This document shows positions 8,056 to 17,380 of a DNA stretch of 59,818 nucleotides, in pieces. This DNA is from an uncultured Alphaproteobacteria bacterium (GTDB lineage Bacteria > Pseudomonadota > Alphaproteobacteria > RF32 > CAG-239), in NCBI GenBank assembly GCA_944390905.1, contig CALXRR010000002.1:1-59818 (forward strand), given 5' to 3'. Position 1 is the stretch's first letter, and every line of letters begins with the position of its first letter. Below the pieces are notes generated by a model. That model saw only the letters and a program-made list of their open reading frames with translations. It had not been told where the DNA came from and searched no databases. The translations under genes and the position numbers were made by a program.

Positions 8056-9180
8056 ATGCCCCGAATTATATTTTTGTTTCTGTTATATTTTTTTGCTTGT
8101 TCATCAGCATCAGCGACACCACTGCAAATAAGCCACCAAGGTTTAATCGGGGCTTATTACGGCATATCGGAGAGCGAAGGTTCTCATTCACAATTTTCTA
8201 ACCGCGGTGTTTTTAGGACTGACGGCAAACTCACGCTAGACTATGATTTAAGCCCCGCAAATAAGGTTAGCCTTATTAATGACTATACAGTTCTGTTTCG
8301 CACAGAAGACAAAAGCTACCGCGATGGAGACTGGCGCTATTACCCTTATTTGCAATGGCGCAATAATAACTACGGTGAGCTTGACTTAGGCTATAATTAT
8401 AACGTAGCCCTGTTGTTTCACCAAGGAGCCAAAGAAATCACGTTTCTTGGCATAAGGGATTCCAATTCCACCTATTTTCTAAGCAACCCCAACTGGGGCA
8501 ATGGCAAAAAACGTACCTATTTTTATACTCCCAAGTCTACAGCGATAATGAATGACGGCAGAGCCCCCAAGCTAAACTATATCAGTCCCGAGTTTTGGCG
8601 CAGCCGCATAGGCTTTACCTACACTCCGGACACGGCGCACCGCCGCGGCATGACCAGCCGCTACGTTGATTATGAAGGTCGCGAGGATGGCTATGTTTTT
8701 GCTTTGCAGCATTATGAATATTTATACGGAGGTAAGCTTACACTATCCGCCGGATTTGGTCTTTTTGAAAGCACCACCAAAGAAAGCTCGGTTAGTGCCA
8801 GTTATACTAAAGACGGTTGGAACTTTGGCTTCGGTTATAAAAAAGCCTATGTCGACGGCAACAAAAATGCCATATCCACCACGGCAGTTAGTTCGTATCT
8901 TCCGGCATATTTTGATAATTACCGCGAAAGCCGCAGCTGGGATATCAGCTTAGGCTATGATTTCGGCAAGTTCAAAACCAATATCGCCTATCTTAATACC
9001 CAAGCTGACCATACGTCCGACCGCGATAATCTATTGATACAGTCTAATATTTTCAAACTTGATTATGGTTTTGAGCTCCACTGGATGAACGTCTGGATGA
9101 ACAGCGACGGAGACAAGAGACTAAATCATAAAGATACGGAAGGCTATGCGATTATCAGCGGCATTGGCTGGCGATTCTAA
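8056..9180 (+). CDS. Outer-membrane beta-barrel porin (paralog 2)
   Basis: Signal peptide MPRIIFLFLLYFFACSSASA. The C-terminus ends ..GIGWRF (terminal Phe, OMP signature). It is paralogous to 6885..8036. Confidence 0.6.
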   Translation: MPRIIFLFLLYFFACSSASATPLQISHQGLIGAYYGISESEGSHSQFSNRGVFRTDGKLTLDYDLSPANKVSLINDYTVLFRTEDKSYRDGDWRYYPYLQWRNNNYGELDLGYNYNVALLFHQGAKEITFLGIRDSNSTYFLSNPNWGNGKKRTYFYTPKSTAIMNDGRAPKLNYISPEFWRSRIGFTYTPDTAHRRGMTSRYVDYEGREDGYVFALQHYEYLYGGKLTLSAGFGLFESTTKESSVSASYTKDGWNFGFGYKKAYVDGNKNAISTTAVSSYLPAYFDNYRESRSWDISLGYDFGKFKTNIAYLNTQADHTSDRDNLLIQSNIFKLDYGFELHWMNVWMNSDGDKRLNHKDTEGYAIISGIGWRF

Positions 9181-9254
9181 TTTGATTTTCAATTAAAATT
9201 AATCTTTTTATGCTATCAGAACAATAACGGATACAAGATTACAAAGGTCATACT

Positions 9255-9758
9255 ATGAAAAAACTGTTTCTGATATTGAGTATATTGCTTTTATCATTCC
9301 CCGCTTCAGGAAAGCCTTTTTCCGCCGAAGAGCAAATCATCCAAATCCAAGAGCGCTGCCGCCATCCTAATTGGCACAAGGTTAATCAACTTCATAATCA
9401 GGAGGCTCGCCGTTATCTGATACAAGAAAATAATTGCCTCAAAAAATATATTTTGGATGAATTTTCCATCCTTTTTGACGATGAGCAATCCCTTTCATCA
9501 GCCACTCAACAGCTCAATACACTGCAGCAATCCTATTTAGGTATGTATTCACAGGTTTATAATCACAATTACAGTTGTAAGAAAGACAAAGACTTTTACA
9601 ACTGCGGCGACGGAAATATCGGCATCGCCGAAAGCCTTTGGAATCAAGCCTTGCAAAACATCCTTTCTAACCTTGTCCGTTATAACTGGATACTTAAATC
9701 AGAAGCAAATTCCGCTCGCCAACAGTCCGAATATTTTAATGCTCCGGAAGACATTTGA
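9255..9758 (+). CDS. Secreted hypothetical protein
   Basis: Signal peptide MKKLFLILSILLLSFPASG. 167 aa, Cys-containing, with no recognised family. Confidence 0.45.
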   Translation: MKKLFLILSILLLSFPASGKPFSAEEQIIQIQERCRHPNWHKVNQLHNQEARRYLIQENNCLKKYILDEFSILFDDEQSLSSATQQLNTLQQSYLGMYSQVYNHNYSCKKDKDFYNCGDGNIGIAESLWNQALQNILSNLVRYNWILKSEANSARQQSEYFNAPEDI

Positions 9759-9783
9759 TTAAATATTTTTTTTGATACAAAAA

Positions 9784-9860
9784 TGGCGCCAGCGAGAGGA
9801 CTCGAACCTCCTACCCACAGTTTAGGAAACTGTTGCTCTATCCTGATGAGCTACGCCGGC
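9784..9860 (-). tRNA. tRNA-Arg (anticodon CCU), CCA encoded
   Basis: I folded it by hand. The acceptor is GCCGGCG/CGCTGGC and the D-arm is GCTC-ATCAGGATA-GAGC. The anticodon arm ACAGT-TTCCTAA-ACTGT gives CCT. The variable loop is GGGTA and the T-arm is GGAGG-TTCGAGT-CCTCT. The 3' end is G-CCA. Total 77 nt. Confidence 0.9.
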
Positions 9861-9888
9861 GTCACTTTTCTTTATATAAAGATTATAT

Positions 9889-10998
9889 CTATTTTTCAAG
9901 AGCTAATTTATTAAGAAAGCGAGTTTGTATCTCAGCAATTTTTTTGACTGAATCAATTTCAACAAACTCACCTTTGGCATGCATGCCCTCACCAGTTCCG
10001 GAATGCATAATCACAATTGACCCTCTGATAGCAAAAGAGCGAGAGTCAGTAGCTCCACCAATATGCTCAAACTCAATCTTCTGCTCCAAAATTTCTTCGG
10101 CAAACTTTTTATAATCCAGTATATACGGATTTTTTTCATCCATCACAACCGGCGTACTCTCAGATACAATTTTATAGGTTACTCCGTCTATCATACATTT
10201 ATCCAAGTTTTGACGTAGGTTTTTGACCGCTGATTTTTCGGTCAGACGAAAGTCCAGCAAAGCTTCAGCATGGTTAGATATTACATTGGCCACATCTCCG
10301 CCTTCAATTTTTGCAAAATGCACGGTGTCGACCCATTTGTTTTTAGGCTCCGGCATTTCCTTTGAGAAGTAAGGATAAATCTTACGGATTTTTTGCCATA
10401 CCATCATCAGTTTTTCATTAGCATCGATTCCTTCCCACGGAGTTGATCCGTGAGCCTCTTTTCCCTCGGCGATAATTTTCACAAATACCGGATTTTTGCA
10501 TTTGGTTACGAGTTTCAAAATATCACCGCCGACATCATTGTCGAGTACGATTTTAGCTTTCAGATTCGGATGAGCATCCATAAAGGCATGAGTACTTTTG
10601 CTTCCTTTTTCTTCATCAGTAGAAAGGATTACGGCAAATTTGATGGGGAGTTTTTCTTTCAAAACATAAAACATCGAGTTAAACGCGACCGCCGCAAAAG
10701 ACTTCATATCCAAAGTCCCACGCCCAAACATTTTTCCATCTTCAATATAAGGCTTAAACATATCATCATCAGCCGGCACCACATCCAAATGCCCAAGACA
10801 AACCACATCAAACTCATCAGCATCGTAATTTCGAATAAACAATACCGGCGAAGTCCCCTCAAAACGGCACACTTCAACTTTGGCCCCGCTCCCTGAAAAT
10901 AATTTTTCAGCATAAGCCAAGCACTTTTCAATTTCTTGGGAGTTACCTGTTTCGGTTCTGAATTTTACCAAGTCCTCAATAACGTGTATTAGCTCCAT
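9889..10998 (-). CDS. M20-family metallopeptidase (ArgE/DapE/acetylornithine deacetylase-like)
   Basis: Metal-ligand motifs are present: LGHLDVVPA, GRGTLDMKS, STDEEKGS and AHGSTP. Confidence 0.7.
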   Translation of the reverse strand: MELIHVIEDLVKFRTETGNSQEIEKCLAYAEKLFSGSGAKVEVCRFEGTSPVLFIRNYDADEFDVVCLGHLDVVPADDDMFKPYIEDGKMFGRGTLDMKSFAAVAFNSMFYVLKEKLPIKFAVILSTDEEKGSKSTHAFMDAHPNLKAKIVLDNDVGGDILKLVTKCKNPVFVKIIAEGKEAHGSTPWEGIDANEKLMMVWQKIRKIYPYFSKEMPEPKNKWVDTVHFAKIEGGDVANVISNHAEALLDFRLTEKSAVKNLRQNLDKCMIDGVTYKIVSESTPVVMDEKNPYILDYKKFAEEILEQKIEFEHIGGATDSRSFAIRGSIVIMHSGTGEGMHAKGEFVEIDSVKKIAEIQTRFLNKLALEK

Positions 10999-11095
10999 GA
11001 TTTTTTCCTCTCTTTTTACACTTTATTCATTATCTGTGTTTATTATTGGAGCAAATAAGATAAGAAATAATTAAAATCATAAAAGAGGCAATAAA

Positions 11096-11602
11096 ATGAA
11101 AAGATTGTTAGCGTTGGTGGTTGGTTTTTTGCTGTTGACGAGTCCGGCATCGGCTGAAAATCTTCCAGATGATACAGAGAGCGGGCTAGCCTTGCCGCGC
11201 ATGGTATCCCTTCGTTCCAACTTGATAAATGCACGTTCCGGCCCCGGAGCTCGCTATCCGATAGAATGGGTCTATCGCCAAAAAGGCGCACCGGTAGAGA
11301 TTATTGCCGAGTTTGAACTCTGGCGCAAAATCAGGGATTGGGACGGTTCCGAAACCTGGGTGCATAAATCCATGCTATCCGGCAAGCGCAGTGTAAAGAT
11401 GACCGCCAAAGGCGAAAGCAATATCTATGATAAAGAAGACTACCAGTCTCAAGTCATTGCCAAAGCCGAAGACGGCGTAGTCGGAGATATCAAAAAATGT
11501 CCGGCCGGTAGCAGCTTTTGTTTGGTACAGTTTGGCACAATAGAAGGCTGGGTACCAAGGAGCAATTTTTTTGGAGCTTATAGAGACGAGGTCGTCGATT
11601 AA
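11096..11602 (+). CDS. Secreted SH3-like domain protein (DUF1058 type)
   Basis: Signal peptide, then LPR.VSLRS...NAR.GPG..YPI.WVY...G.PVEI..E...WRKI.D.DG.E.WVH.S.LSG.R, a block typical of alphaproteobacterial bacterial-SH3 proteins. Confidence 0.6.
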   Translation: MKRLLALVVGFLLLTSPASAENLPDDTESGLALPRMVSLRSNLINARSGPGARYPIEWVYRQKGAPVEIIAEFELWRKIRDWDGSETWVHKSMLSGKRSVKMTAKGESNIYDKEDYQSQVIAKAEDGVVGDIKKCPAGSSFCLVQFGTIEGWVPRSNFFGAYRDEVVD

Positions 11603-11604
11603 GC

Positions 11605-11638
11605 AAAAAAAACTGAGGCTTAATGCCTCAGTTTTTTT
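11605..11638. terminator. Bidirectional rho-independent terminator between convergent genes
   Basis: aaaaaaaactgaggc-ttaa-gcctcagttttttt. The A-run and T-run on either side serve both strands. Confidence 0.8.
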
Positions 11639-13028
11639 ATTCTCCGATTTTGATTTTTTCAATCAACTCTTTAACCGTTGGAACATGCCCATTCCGATAC
11701 AATGGGTCAGATGCAAACCGATACACCTGATGTCCGGCAAACAAAAGATTATTGTCAACACTTCCGCCATGCCCAATATCATAAAGAGTCTTATGAATAC
11801 AATAAGTTCTGGGATCTGGGAGTTTTCCGGTAGTTCCGCTGGCTCTTGACCAAGTCGAAAATTGACACTGAGACAAACATCCGACACAGTTAGCACGGTC
11901 CTGCTTCATTTCCTTGACTTCCTCTTTAGTCATAAATACCACGGAAGAATCAGGGGTTTCTTGAATATCAGTAAAACCGGCATCAATTTGCTGCTGAGCT
12001 TTTTCTTTATCTTGGGGACGAATATAAAATGTTTTATATTGGTTGACAACCAACGGCTCAGAAAACTCATTATTAGGTTCTCTTGTAACTTCAATCTCGC
12101 CCTCTTTGCGCTCCATAAGTCTAGCCAAGAACTTGTTTTTGATAGCCGAAGAAAAGAACCCTGTCGGACTAAACTTTTGCAAGATAACATCACCTTGCTT
12201 TACTTTCATCATTACCGCGCGCCAAGCCTCGCAAACAGGGCTTTCTTTGGTAATCATCGGGCGTGTCCCGAATTGGAAAGCAATTTTACCGATTTCAGGA
12301 TTGTTGATATAATCTTTCCATTCATCTAAATTCCATACTCCGCCGGCCAAAATAATCGGAGTGTCACTCATATTAACACTATTCAAAAACTTTCTTATTT
12401 CAACCAGCCGCGAATACGGTTTTTCAGGTTTAGCTGGGTTTTCGGCATTTGACAAACCATTATGCCCGCCGGCCAACCACGGATCTTCATATACGACACC
12501 GCCCAAATATTCGGTAAATTTGGAATAAGCTCTCTTCCACAAAATTTGCAAAGCCCGAGCCGAAGAAACGATAGGGTAATAATACACGCCAAACTTTGAA
12601 GCCAATTCGCCCAATCTGTAAGGCAACCCAGCTCCGCAAGTAACTCCGTGGATTAAACCTTTAGCCTTTTCAAGCACTCCTTCAAGAATTCGCTCAGAGT
12701 CAGCCAATTCCCATAACATATTAATATGGATACGCCCGTTTCCTCCAGATATTTCATGAGCAACCTTAGCTTGGTCAATACCTCCGCGAATGGCGTACTG
12801 AACCAACTCTTCATGGCGTTCTTTGCGGTCTTTCTTTGTAAAAACTTCTTGTTCAAAGTTTCCGTTTTCATCATAAAAGTCAGGGCTTACGGCAGAAAAC
12901 GTACCAACACAATTCTCTTTAGCCCACGCGCCGGAGCTAAAGCCATTGCTGACATTAATACCTTTGCCGCCTTCAATCAACGGCCACACTTCCTTACCGG
13001 AAATCACAATCGGATCTAACTTAATCAC
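11637..13028 (-). CDS. Nitronate monooxygenase / 2-nitropropane dioxygenase-family flavoprotein (NMO-like)
   Basis: 463 aa. It has TIM-barrel FMN oxidoreductase-like blocks (GGKGINVS, VTCGAGLP, ILAGGVW). The family assignment comes from overall pattern only. Confidence 0.45.
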   Translation of the reverse strand: MIKLDPIVISGKEVWPLIEGGKGINVSNGFSSGAWAKENCVGTFSAVSPDFYDENGNFEQEVFTKKDRKERHEELVQYAIRGGIDQAKVAHEISGGNGRIHINMLWELADSERILEGVLEKAKGLIHGVTCGAGLPYRLGELASKFGVYYYPIVSSARALQILWKRAYSKFTEYLGGVVYEDPWLAGGHNGLSNAENPAKPEKPYSRLVEIRKFLNSVNMSDTPIILAGGVWNLDEWKDYINNPEIGKIAFQFGTRPMITKESPVCEAWRAVMMKVKQGDVILQKFSPTGFFSSAIKNKFLARLMERKEGEIEVTREPNNEFSEPLVVNQYKTFYIRPQDKEKAQQQIDAGFTDIQETPDSSVVFMTKEEVKEMKQDRANCVGCLSQCQFSTWSRASGTTGKLPDPRTYCIHKTLYDIGHGGSVDNNLLFAGHQVYRFASDPLYRNGHVPTVKELIEKIKIGE

Positions 13029-13162
13029 ATTTTTTCCTTAATCAAATAATTAAAATTATCCCTAACGTAACATATAAATTTTTTTTTGTGTAGTCTAAAA
13101 GCACGCTTATCATACGTTTTTATAGCATTAAGATAGAATTTGCAAACAAATACACTCAAAAA

Positions 13163-14641
13163 TTATAATACCGGCATCAGCAATCCCTGAGGAATTTCGT
13201 TCAAAAAAACCATAGCAATCAAAATACATATAAAAGCATACACCTGCAACATTTGTGTAACCGCCCGATTCTGCAAAATCGGCGATATCGGGGCGTATTT
13301 CCGCATAATCTGATTAATTGCCAGCATCACAACAGTAATAATGATAGCTTGCAAGCCGAGCCCCATATCATGCAAAGCATCGGCAACTGGCTCAAGGATT
13401 TTGAATAAAGCCCCGAAAAATAGCAAAAACAAAGTAATGCAAGCCACGGAGATTCGCTTGATTTTGAGCTCTTCATTATGCTTTTCCGCCTTGTTGCGAT
13501 TAAGGTTTTCCACCGATATTGATGATATTTCCATTCCTCGCAGCATTGCAGGAGTTTGCCTCTGCTTGCGAATATCTGAAATTGTTCCCTGAAAACGCTC
13601 TTCCGCCGCACACAATCCGCATCCTTTGGCAGTAAAATAGGAGTGATTCGGATTTTTTTTGCAGGGCTTAAGGTTGTGCACGAGCTTTTTCAAATGCTCT
13701 TTCCATTCTTCAGCTGTAGGGCGATTTCCCCCTTTGGTAAATGCTCGTTCAAACATCTCCAAAGTAGCTTTGTCAAAATACTCATGAATAGAGTAGGGGT
13801 GCGGTGCTTGATAAGTGTCCGGCCACAGTCCATAAGCATAATGATATTGCTCGATTCGGTTTTGAATAGTCAGCATCTCAACATCTTTCCGCGGTGTGCC
13901 TGAAAAAGGATGAATACCGTTATTCAAGAGCTTAAAAATCATCACCGCTAAAGCAAATTTATCCTGTTCTTCACCCATCTCGTCACAAGACAAATCCATT
14001 CCTTCAGGGTATATATATTCCTCACTGACAAATTCAGCAGGGTATCGGTTTCCTTTTTCCCCGCGGATAGAAAAACCGTCACAGTCGACCATAGCCACCA
14101 TCATATTGTCTTTGTATACAGACACATTTGAAGGCTTCAAATCAACAATATAATGTCCCACGCTGTGTAGTGCAGCTACCATAGATGCCACATTATAAGC
14201 CGCAAACACGCGGTATGAATACTTTTCGGTCAGGCCCAGCTTTTTGCGAATGGCTTTTTGCATTAAATGGTCTAGCGATACCGCCTCATCCATTTTAATC
14301 AGTGGCATCAAATATCCGACACAAAAACCGTTTTCATCATCAAGAATAGCCACCGGCCAAGCAATCTGAACATACTCGATTCCGTCTTTGATTGCCGGCG
14401 GAAAATTAGGCGGATTAAGCAGCATCGCCTCCAGCTTTTGACGATTGGTCGCGCTTTTATTTTTGTTATGGAATATTTTAGCTACCAGTGTCGGGTGCTC
14501 TTTTACCAAAAAGATTTTACCTGCGGCACCTCCGCGATTCACCATTTCACTGAGGGTAATTTTTTCAAATTTTCCATCAGAATATAAAGCGGTATAAGCA
14601 TTGGTTACGGTGCTGTTCTGTTCCATCAGATTTTTGCCCAC
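13163..14641 (-). CDS. Membrane-anchored Hanks-type Ser/Thr protein kinase (TerY-P triad kinase)
   Basis: Gly-rich loop GGAAGKIF, VAKIF lysine, catalytic loop HYIVDLKPSNV and a DFG-equivalent VDCDGF. A Cys cluster follows (C..NPNHSYFTAKGCGLC), then three C-terminal hydrophobic helices. The start overlaps the PP2C stop. Confidence 0.75.
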   Translation of the reverse strand: MGKNLMEQNSTVTNAYTALYSDGKFEKITLSEMVNRGGAAGKIFLVKEHPTLVAKIFHNKNKSATNRQKLEAMLLNPPNFPPAIKDGIEYVQIAWPVAILDDENGFCVGYLMPLIKMDEAVSLDHLMQKAIRKKLGLTEKYSYRVFAAYNVASMVAALHSVGHYIVDLKPSNVSVYKDNMMVAMVDCDGFSIRGEKGNRYPAEFVSEEYIYPEGMDLSCDEMGEEQDKFALAVMIFKLLNNGIHPFSGTPRKDVEMLTIQNRIEQYHYAYGLWPDTYQAPHPYSIHEYFDKATLEMFERAFTKGGNRPTAEEWKEHLKKLVHNLKPCKKNPNHSYFTAKGCGLCAAEERFQGTISDIRKQRQTPAMLRGMEISSISVENLNRNKAEKHNEELKIKRISVACITLFLLFFGALFKILEPVADALHDMGLGLQAIIITVVMLAINQIMRKYAPISPILQNRAVTQMLQVYAFICILIAMVFLNEIPQGLLMPVL

Positions 14642-15384
14642 AATAAAGTTTTGTCGTCAGAATTAAGCCTCTTGGCCATCGGAGTATTAAGGGTGTTGTT
14701 CAGCGCGCGCAGAGCCTTCGGCCGAGAAGCCTCTTTCTGCAAAAAGGCATTAATCGGAGCAATAAATTTGGTTTCGATTTTTGAATAATCCGGAGAAAAA
14801 GCAAAATTAGTCAGCCCGTCGCTCATCAAAAAGATAGTATCGGCTTTTTCAAATGTCGTAAAGCGCAGACTATCTTTCCAGTCATCCATGGTGTAGAAAA
14901 AAGTCTCACACAAAAAGTTTCCGTTTTCCGGTTTAGAGGCAATAAATTGCTCATAATCATCACCGGATAATGCGATTCCGGCCCCATCACCGATATGAAA
15001 GAAAATCCCCTTTCCTTGACGATTGCATACAGCACCCACCACCGTCGCCGAAAAGTCAATTAAACCGTCAGAACTTTTAGTCTTGTTTAACCTGTGGCGC
15101 ATCAACTTAGCCCTAGCCACCTCAATAGAAGATACAATTCTACGTTTAATATTTTCAAAAGAGCAATTAGCCAGCAAATCCACTAAAGTCTCACAGACCA
15201 CTCTGGCGCCGATTTTGCCATATTTAGCAGAACCCGCCCCGTCAGACACCACAGCCACAAAATTTTTCCCACGAGTAGAGTGCTTAAAATAGTCCTGACA
15301 AGGCATCTTTTTATAATGATGCATAGGCCCGCACACACTTGCGGCCACAACTTTAGCCAAAGGTTTAGAGATTTTCTTCGTCAT
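14626..15384 (-). CDS. PP2C-family protein phosphatase (TerY-P triad phosphatase)
   Basis: The likely start is MTKKISKP at 15384. VAVVSDGAGSAKYG and FLMSDGL Asp-containing motifs are present. It overlaps the vWA stop by 20 nt. Confidence 0.65.
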   Translation of the reverse strand: MTKKISKPLAKVVAASVCGPMHHYKKMPCQDYFKHSTRGKNFVAVVSDGAGSAKYGKIGARVVCETLVDLLANCSFENIKRRIVSSIEVARAKLMRHRLNKTKSSDGLIDFSATVVGAVCNRQGKGIFFHIGDGAGIALSGDDYEQFIASKPENGNFLCETFFYTMDDWKDSLRFTTFEKADTIFLMSDGLTNFAFSPDYSKIETKFIAPINAFLQKEASRPKALRALNNTLNTPMAKRLNSDDKTLLWAKI

Positions 15385-16063
15385 TCCAATCTCCGGTATC
15401 TTCCAACAAATCCGGCACATTAGGAGCAGCCTTAGACACACAAGACACGCTTCTCGACAACCACAAAAAGAACTCTGTAAACTTCAAACCGGTTAATCGC
15501 TTTGGTGAAATGGTTGAGAACTTTGCCAGCTTTTCGAGATTAGCTCCTTGAGTACCGACAGCATGAATTACGACTTTTTTGTTTTTCTGAGCGTAGCGGC
15601 ATTTTTCAGCAATAATCTCCCAGTCATAATCAGTCGGTTCTCCGTCACTGATAAGGAAAATCCACGGCCGTTTAGATGTAATACCACAACTGTCATAAAG
15701 GCATTTCTGCTCCTCAATTTTCTGCAAGGCCAGCTCCATGGCTTTGCCAAGCGGGGTCAAACCGCCGGCTTCCATTTCCGGCGCTTCAAAATTCATGGCA
15801 TCAATCCAGTCGGAAGAAATAACGGCCTCATCTTTGCCGAAAGCCTTAATAATCAGGAGCTGCACGCGCGAGCTGGCATCAATATCTTCTTTTAGCTCTT
15901 TTTCCAAGGCTTTCAGCCCGGCATTAAGCTGCCTGATAGGCTCTCCGCGCATAGATCCGGAACAGTCCAGCACCAGCACACACGGAGTACGCTCGTTAGC
16001 ATTGTCGGCAAACTCGACATAAGGAATCATTTCATCAGTATAATTTGTATTTTCTTCAGTCAT
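15365..16063 (-). CDS. vWA-domain protein, TerY-like
   Basis: MIDAS motif VLVLDCSGSM, then TPLG.A and FLISDGEPTD. The 232-aa size and layout match TerY-type vWA proteins. Confidence 0.75.
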   Translation of the reverse strand: MTEENTNYTDEMIPYVEFADNANERTPCVLVLDCSGSMRGEPIRQLNAGLKALEKELKEDIDASSRVQLLIIKAFGKDEAVISSDWIDAMNFEAPEMEAGGLTPLGKAMELALQKIEEQKCLYDSCGITSKRPWIFLISDGEPTDYDWEIIAEKCRYAQKNKKVVIHAVGTQGANLEKLAKFSTISPKRLTGLKFTEFFLWLSRSVSCVSKAAPNVPDLLEDTGDWNDEENL

Positions 16064-16077
16064 AACCGCCCCTAATA

Positions 16078-16206
16078 CTAATATCTGGGATAAGTATGAG
16101 GATAACCCGATCCTTCATAAGGTGAAGGCGCCGACATTTTTCCGCACGCCGCCAAGTTGCAAATAATAATTGCGGCCAGAAAAATTTTAATAACAGATAT
16201 CTTCAT
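16078..16206 (-). CDS. Small lipoprotein (42 aa), first gene of the vWA-PP2C-kinase operon
   Basis: It is absent from the ORF track because it is under 60 aa. My own translation gives MKISVIKIFLAAIIICNLAACGKMSAPSPYEGSGYPHTYPRY, with lipobox L-A-A-C. The stop lies 14 nt upstream of the vWA start. Confidence 0.4.
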   Translation of the reverse strand: MKISVIKIFLAAIIICNLAACGKMSAPSPYEGSGYPHTYPRY

Positions 16207-16291
16207 AATTTTGAAACCTTTTTATTTTAATAATAATACATATATAAACCTAAACAAGGTTAAACACAAAACTAATATTGCAGTTATTAAG

Positions 16292-16864
16292 ATGATAAAA
16301 TTTTTTGCGCTATATCTGATGGCCATATTGGCGGCATATCCGGCGATGGCCTCAAAAAAAGGGGTAAATCTTTACGATGAGCCCCGTGAACTGCCGCAAA
16401 AGACTCTCATTCGTCAAGACGGCAGTCGTATCAACCTATCCAAAGACTTTGATGAAAGTCTGGTTTTAGCGATGTTTTGGTCACGCCATTGCATGCCTTG
16501 CGTAAGAGAGCTTGATGACATCAAAGCCTTTGATAAAAGGGTCAAAAATAACGGAGTTAGAGTAGTGTTAATCTCCCCTTCTCAAGAATGGCAAACCCCT
16601 GAAGAACAGCAGGAGTTTCTGAACAAATACGGAGCCGATGAGATGGATTTTTATACCGACGAACGAGGCAATATGGCTGCGGCATTAGGCATATTTACGT
16701 CTCCCAACACGGTCTTAATTAACAAATCCGGTCAAGAAATCGGCCGTATCAGAGGCGCCGCCGATTGGGACAGTGATGCCGTCGTTGAGTATATTTATAA
16801 GCTAAAATCAGATTATGAAAATTTAGCATCAAACAGCCCAATACATAAGGATACCCCCAAATGA
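16292..16864 (+). CDS. TlpA-like periplasmic thiol:disulfide oxidoreductase (thioredoxin fold)
   Basis: The internal ATG at 16292 gives the signal peptide MIKFFALYLMAILAAYPAMA. The active site is FWSRHCMPCVRE (CxxC). The upstream extension to 16157 is AT-rich and implausible. Confidence 0.7.
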   Translation: MIKFFALYLMAILAAYPAMASKKGVNLYDEPRELPQKTLIRQDGSRINLSKDFDESLVLAMFWSRHCMPCVRELDDIKAFDKRVKNNGVRVVLISPSQEWQTPEEQQEFLNKYGADEMDFYTDERGNMAAALGIFTSPNTVLINKSGQEIGRIRGAADWDSDAVVEYIYKLKSDYENLASNSPIHKDTPK

Positions 16865-17292
16865 GTGAAAAATACTATATTAATTGGAATACCTTCCATC
16901 AAGATGTCAAACAACTAGCGGCCCGTCTCAAAAATGAGGGCCGTTTTGATAAGATAGTTGCCATCAGCCGCGGAGGCCTGCTTCCGGCAGGCATCTTAGC
17001 CTATGAGCTCAATATCCGCCATACCGAGGTCATAAATATCTTGAGCTATGATGAAGGTGAGGCTCGCCGCCGTGATGAAGATGTAGAGATTTTGAGCTCC
17101 GTATCTGCTTGTGATGAGCACACCTTGATAGTCGATGATTTATCCGACAGTGGCCGTACTTGCCGCTTACTTAAGCACAAGTTCCCGTCAGCTCATTTTG
17201 CTTCGGTCTATGTCAAAGCCCCGAGCTTGGATTTGGTTGATAGCTATTCTCGCCAAGTTCCTGAAGATTGGATAGTTTTCCCTTGGGATTAA
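16861..17292 (+). CDS. gpt: Xanthine-guanine phosphoribosyltransferase
   Basis: MSEKYYINW....H....LA.RL...G.....VAISRGGL.P..ILA.EL.IRH, the PRPP loop LIVDDLSDSGRT, and the C-terminal W..FPWD. It is collinear with E. coli Gpt. The start overlaps the previous stop (ATGA). Confidence 0.8.
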   Translation: MSEKYYINWNTFHQDVKQLAARLKNEGRFDKIVAISRGGLLPAGILAYELNIRHTEVINILSYDEGEARRRDEDVEILSSVSACDEHTLIVDDLSDSGRTCRLLKHKFPSAHFASVYVKAPSLDLVDSYSRQVPEDWIVFPWD

Positions 17293-17319
17293 TTTTTTAT
17301 ATAGTTTTTTTTTTGCAAC

Positions 17320-17354
17320 AAACCCCGCAACTTACTTGTAGTTGCGGGGTTTTA
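17320..17354. terminator. Bidirectional terminator between gpt and the PilT-like gene
   Basis: Stem aaaccccgcaac / gttgcggggttt with T-rich flanks. Confidence 0.7.
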
Positions 17355-17380
17355 ATTTGGTTTGTTGCAGTATCAAAAGG

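Noticed and set aside
9784-9860. tRNA-Arg as an island integration site.
   Set aside because: No integrase, no partial duplication of the tRNA 3' end, and the flanking genes (secreted hypothetical, M20 peptidase) look ordinary.
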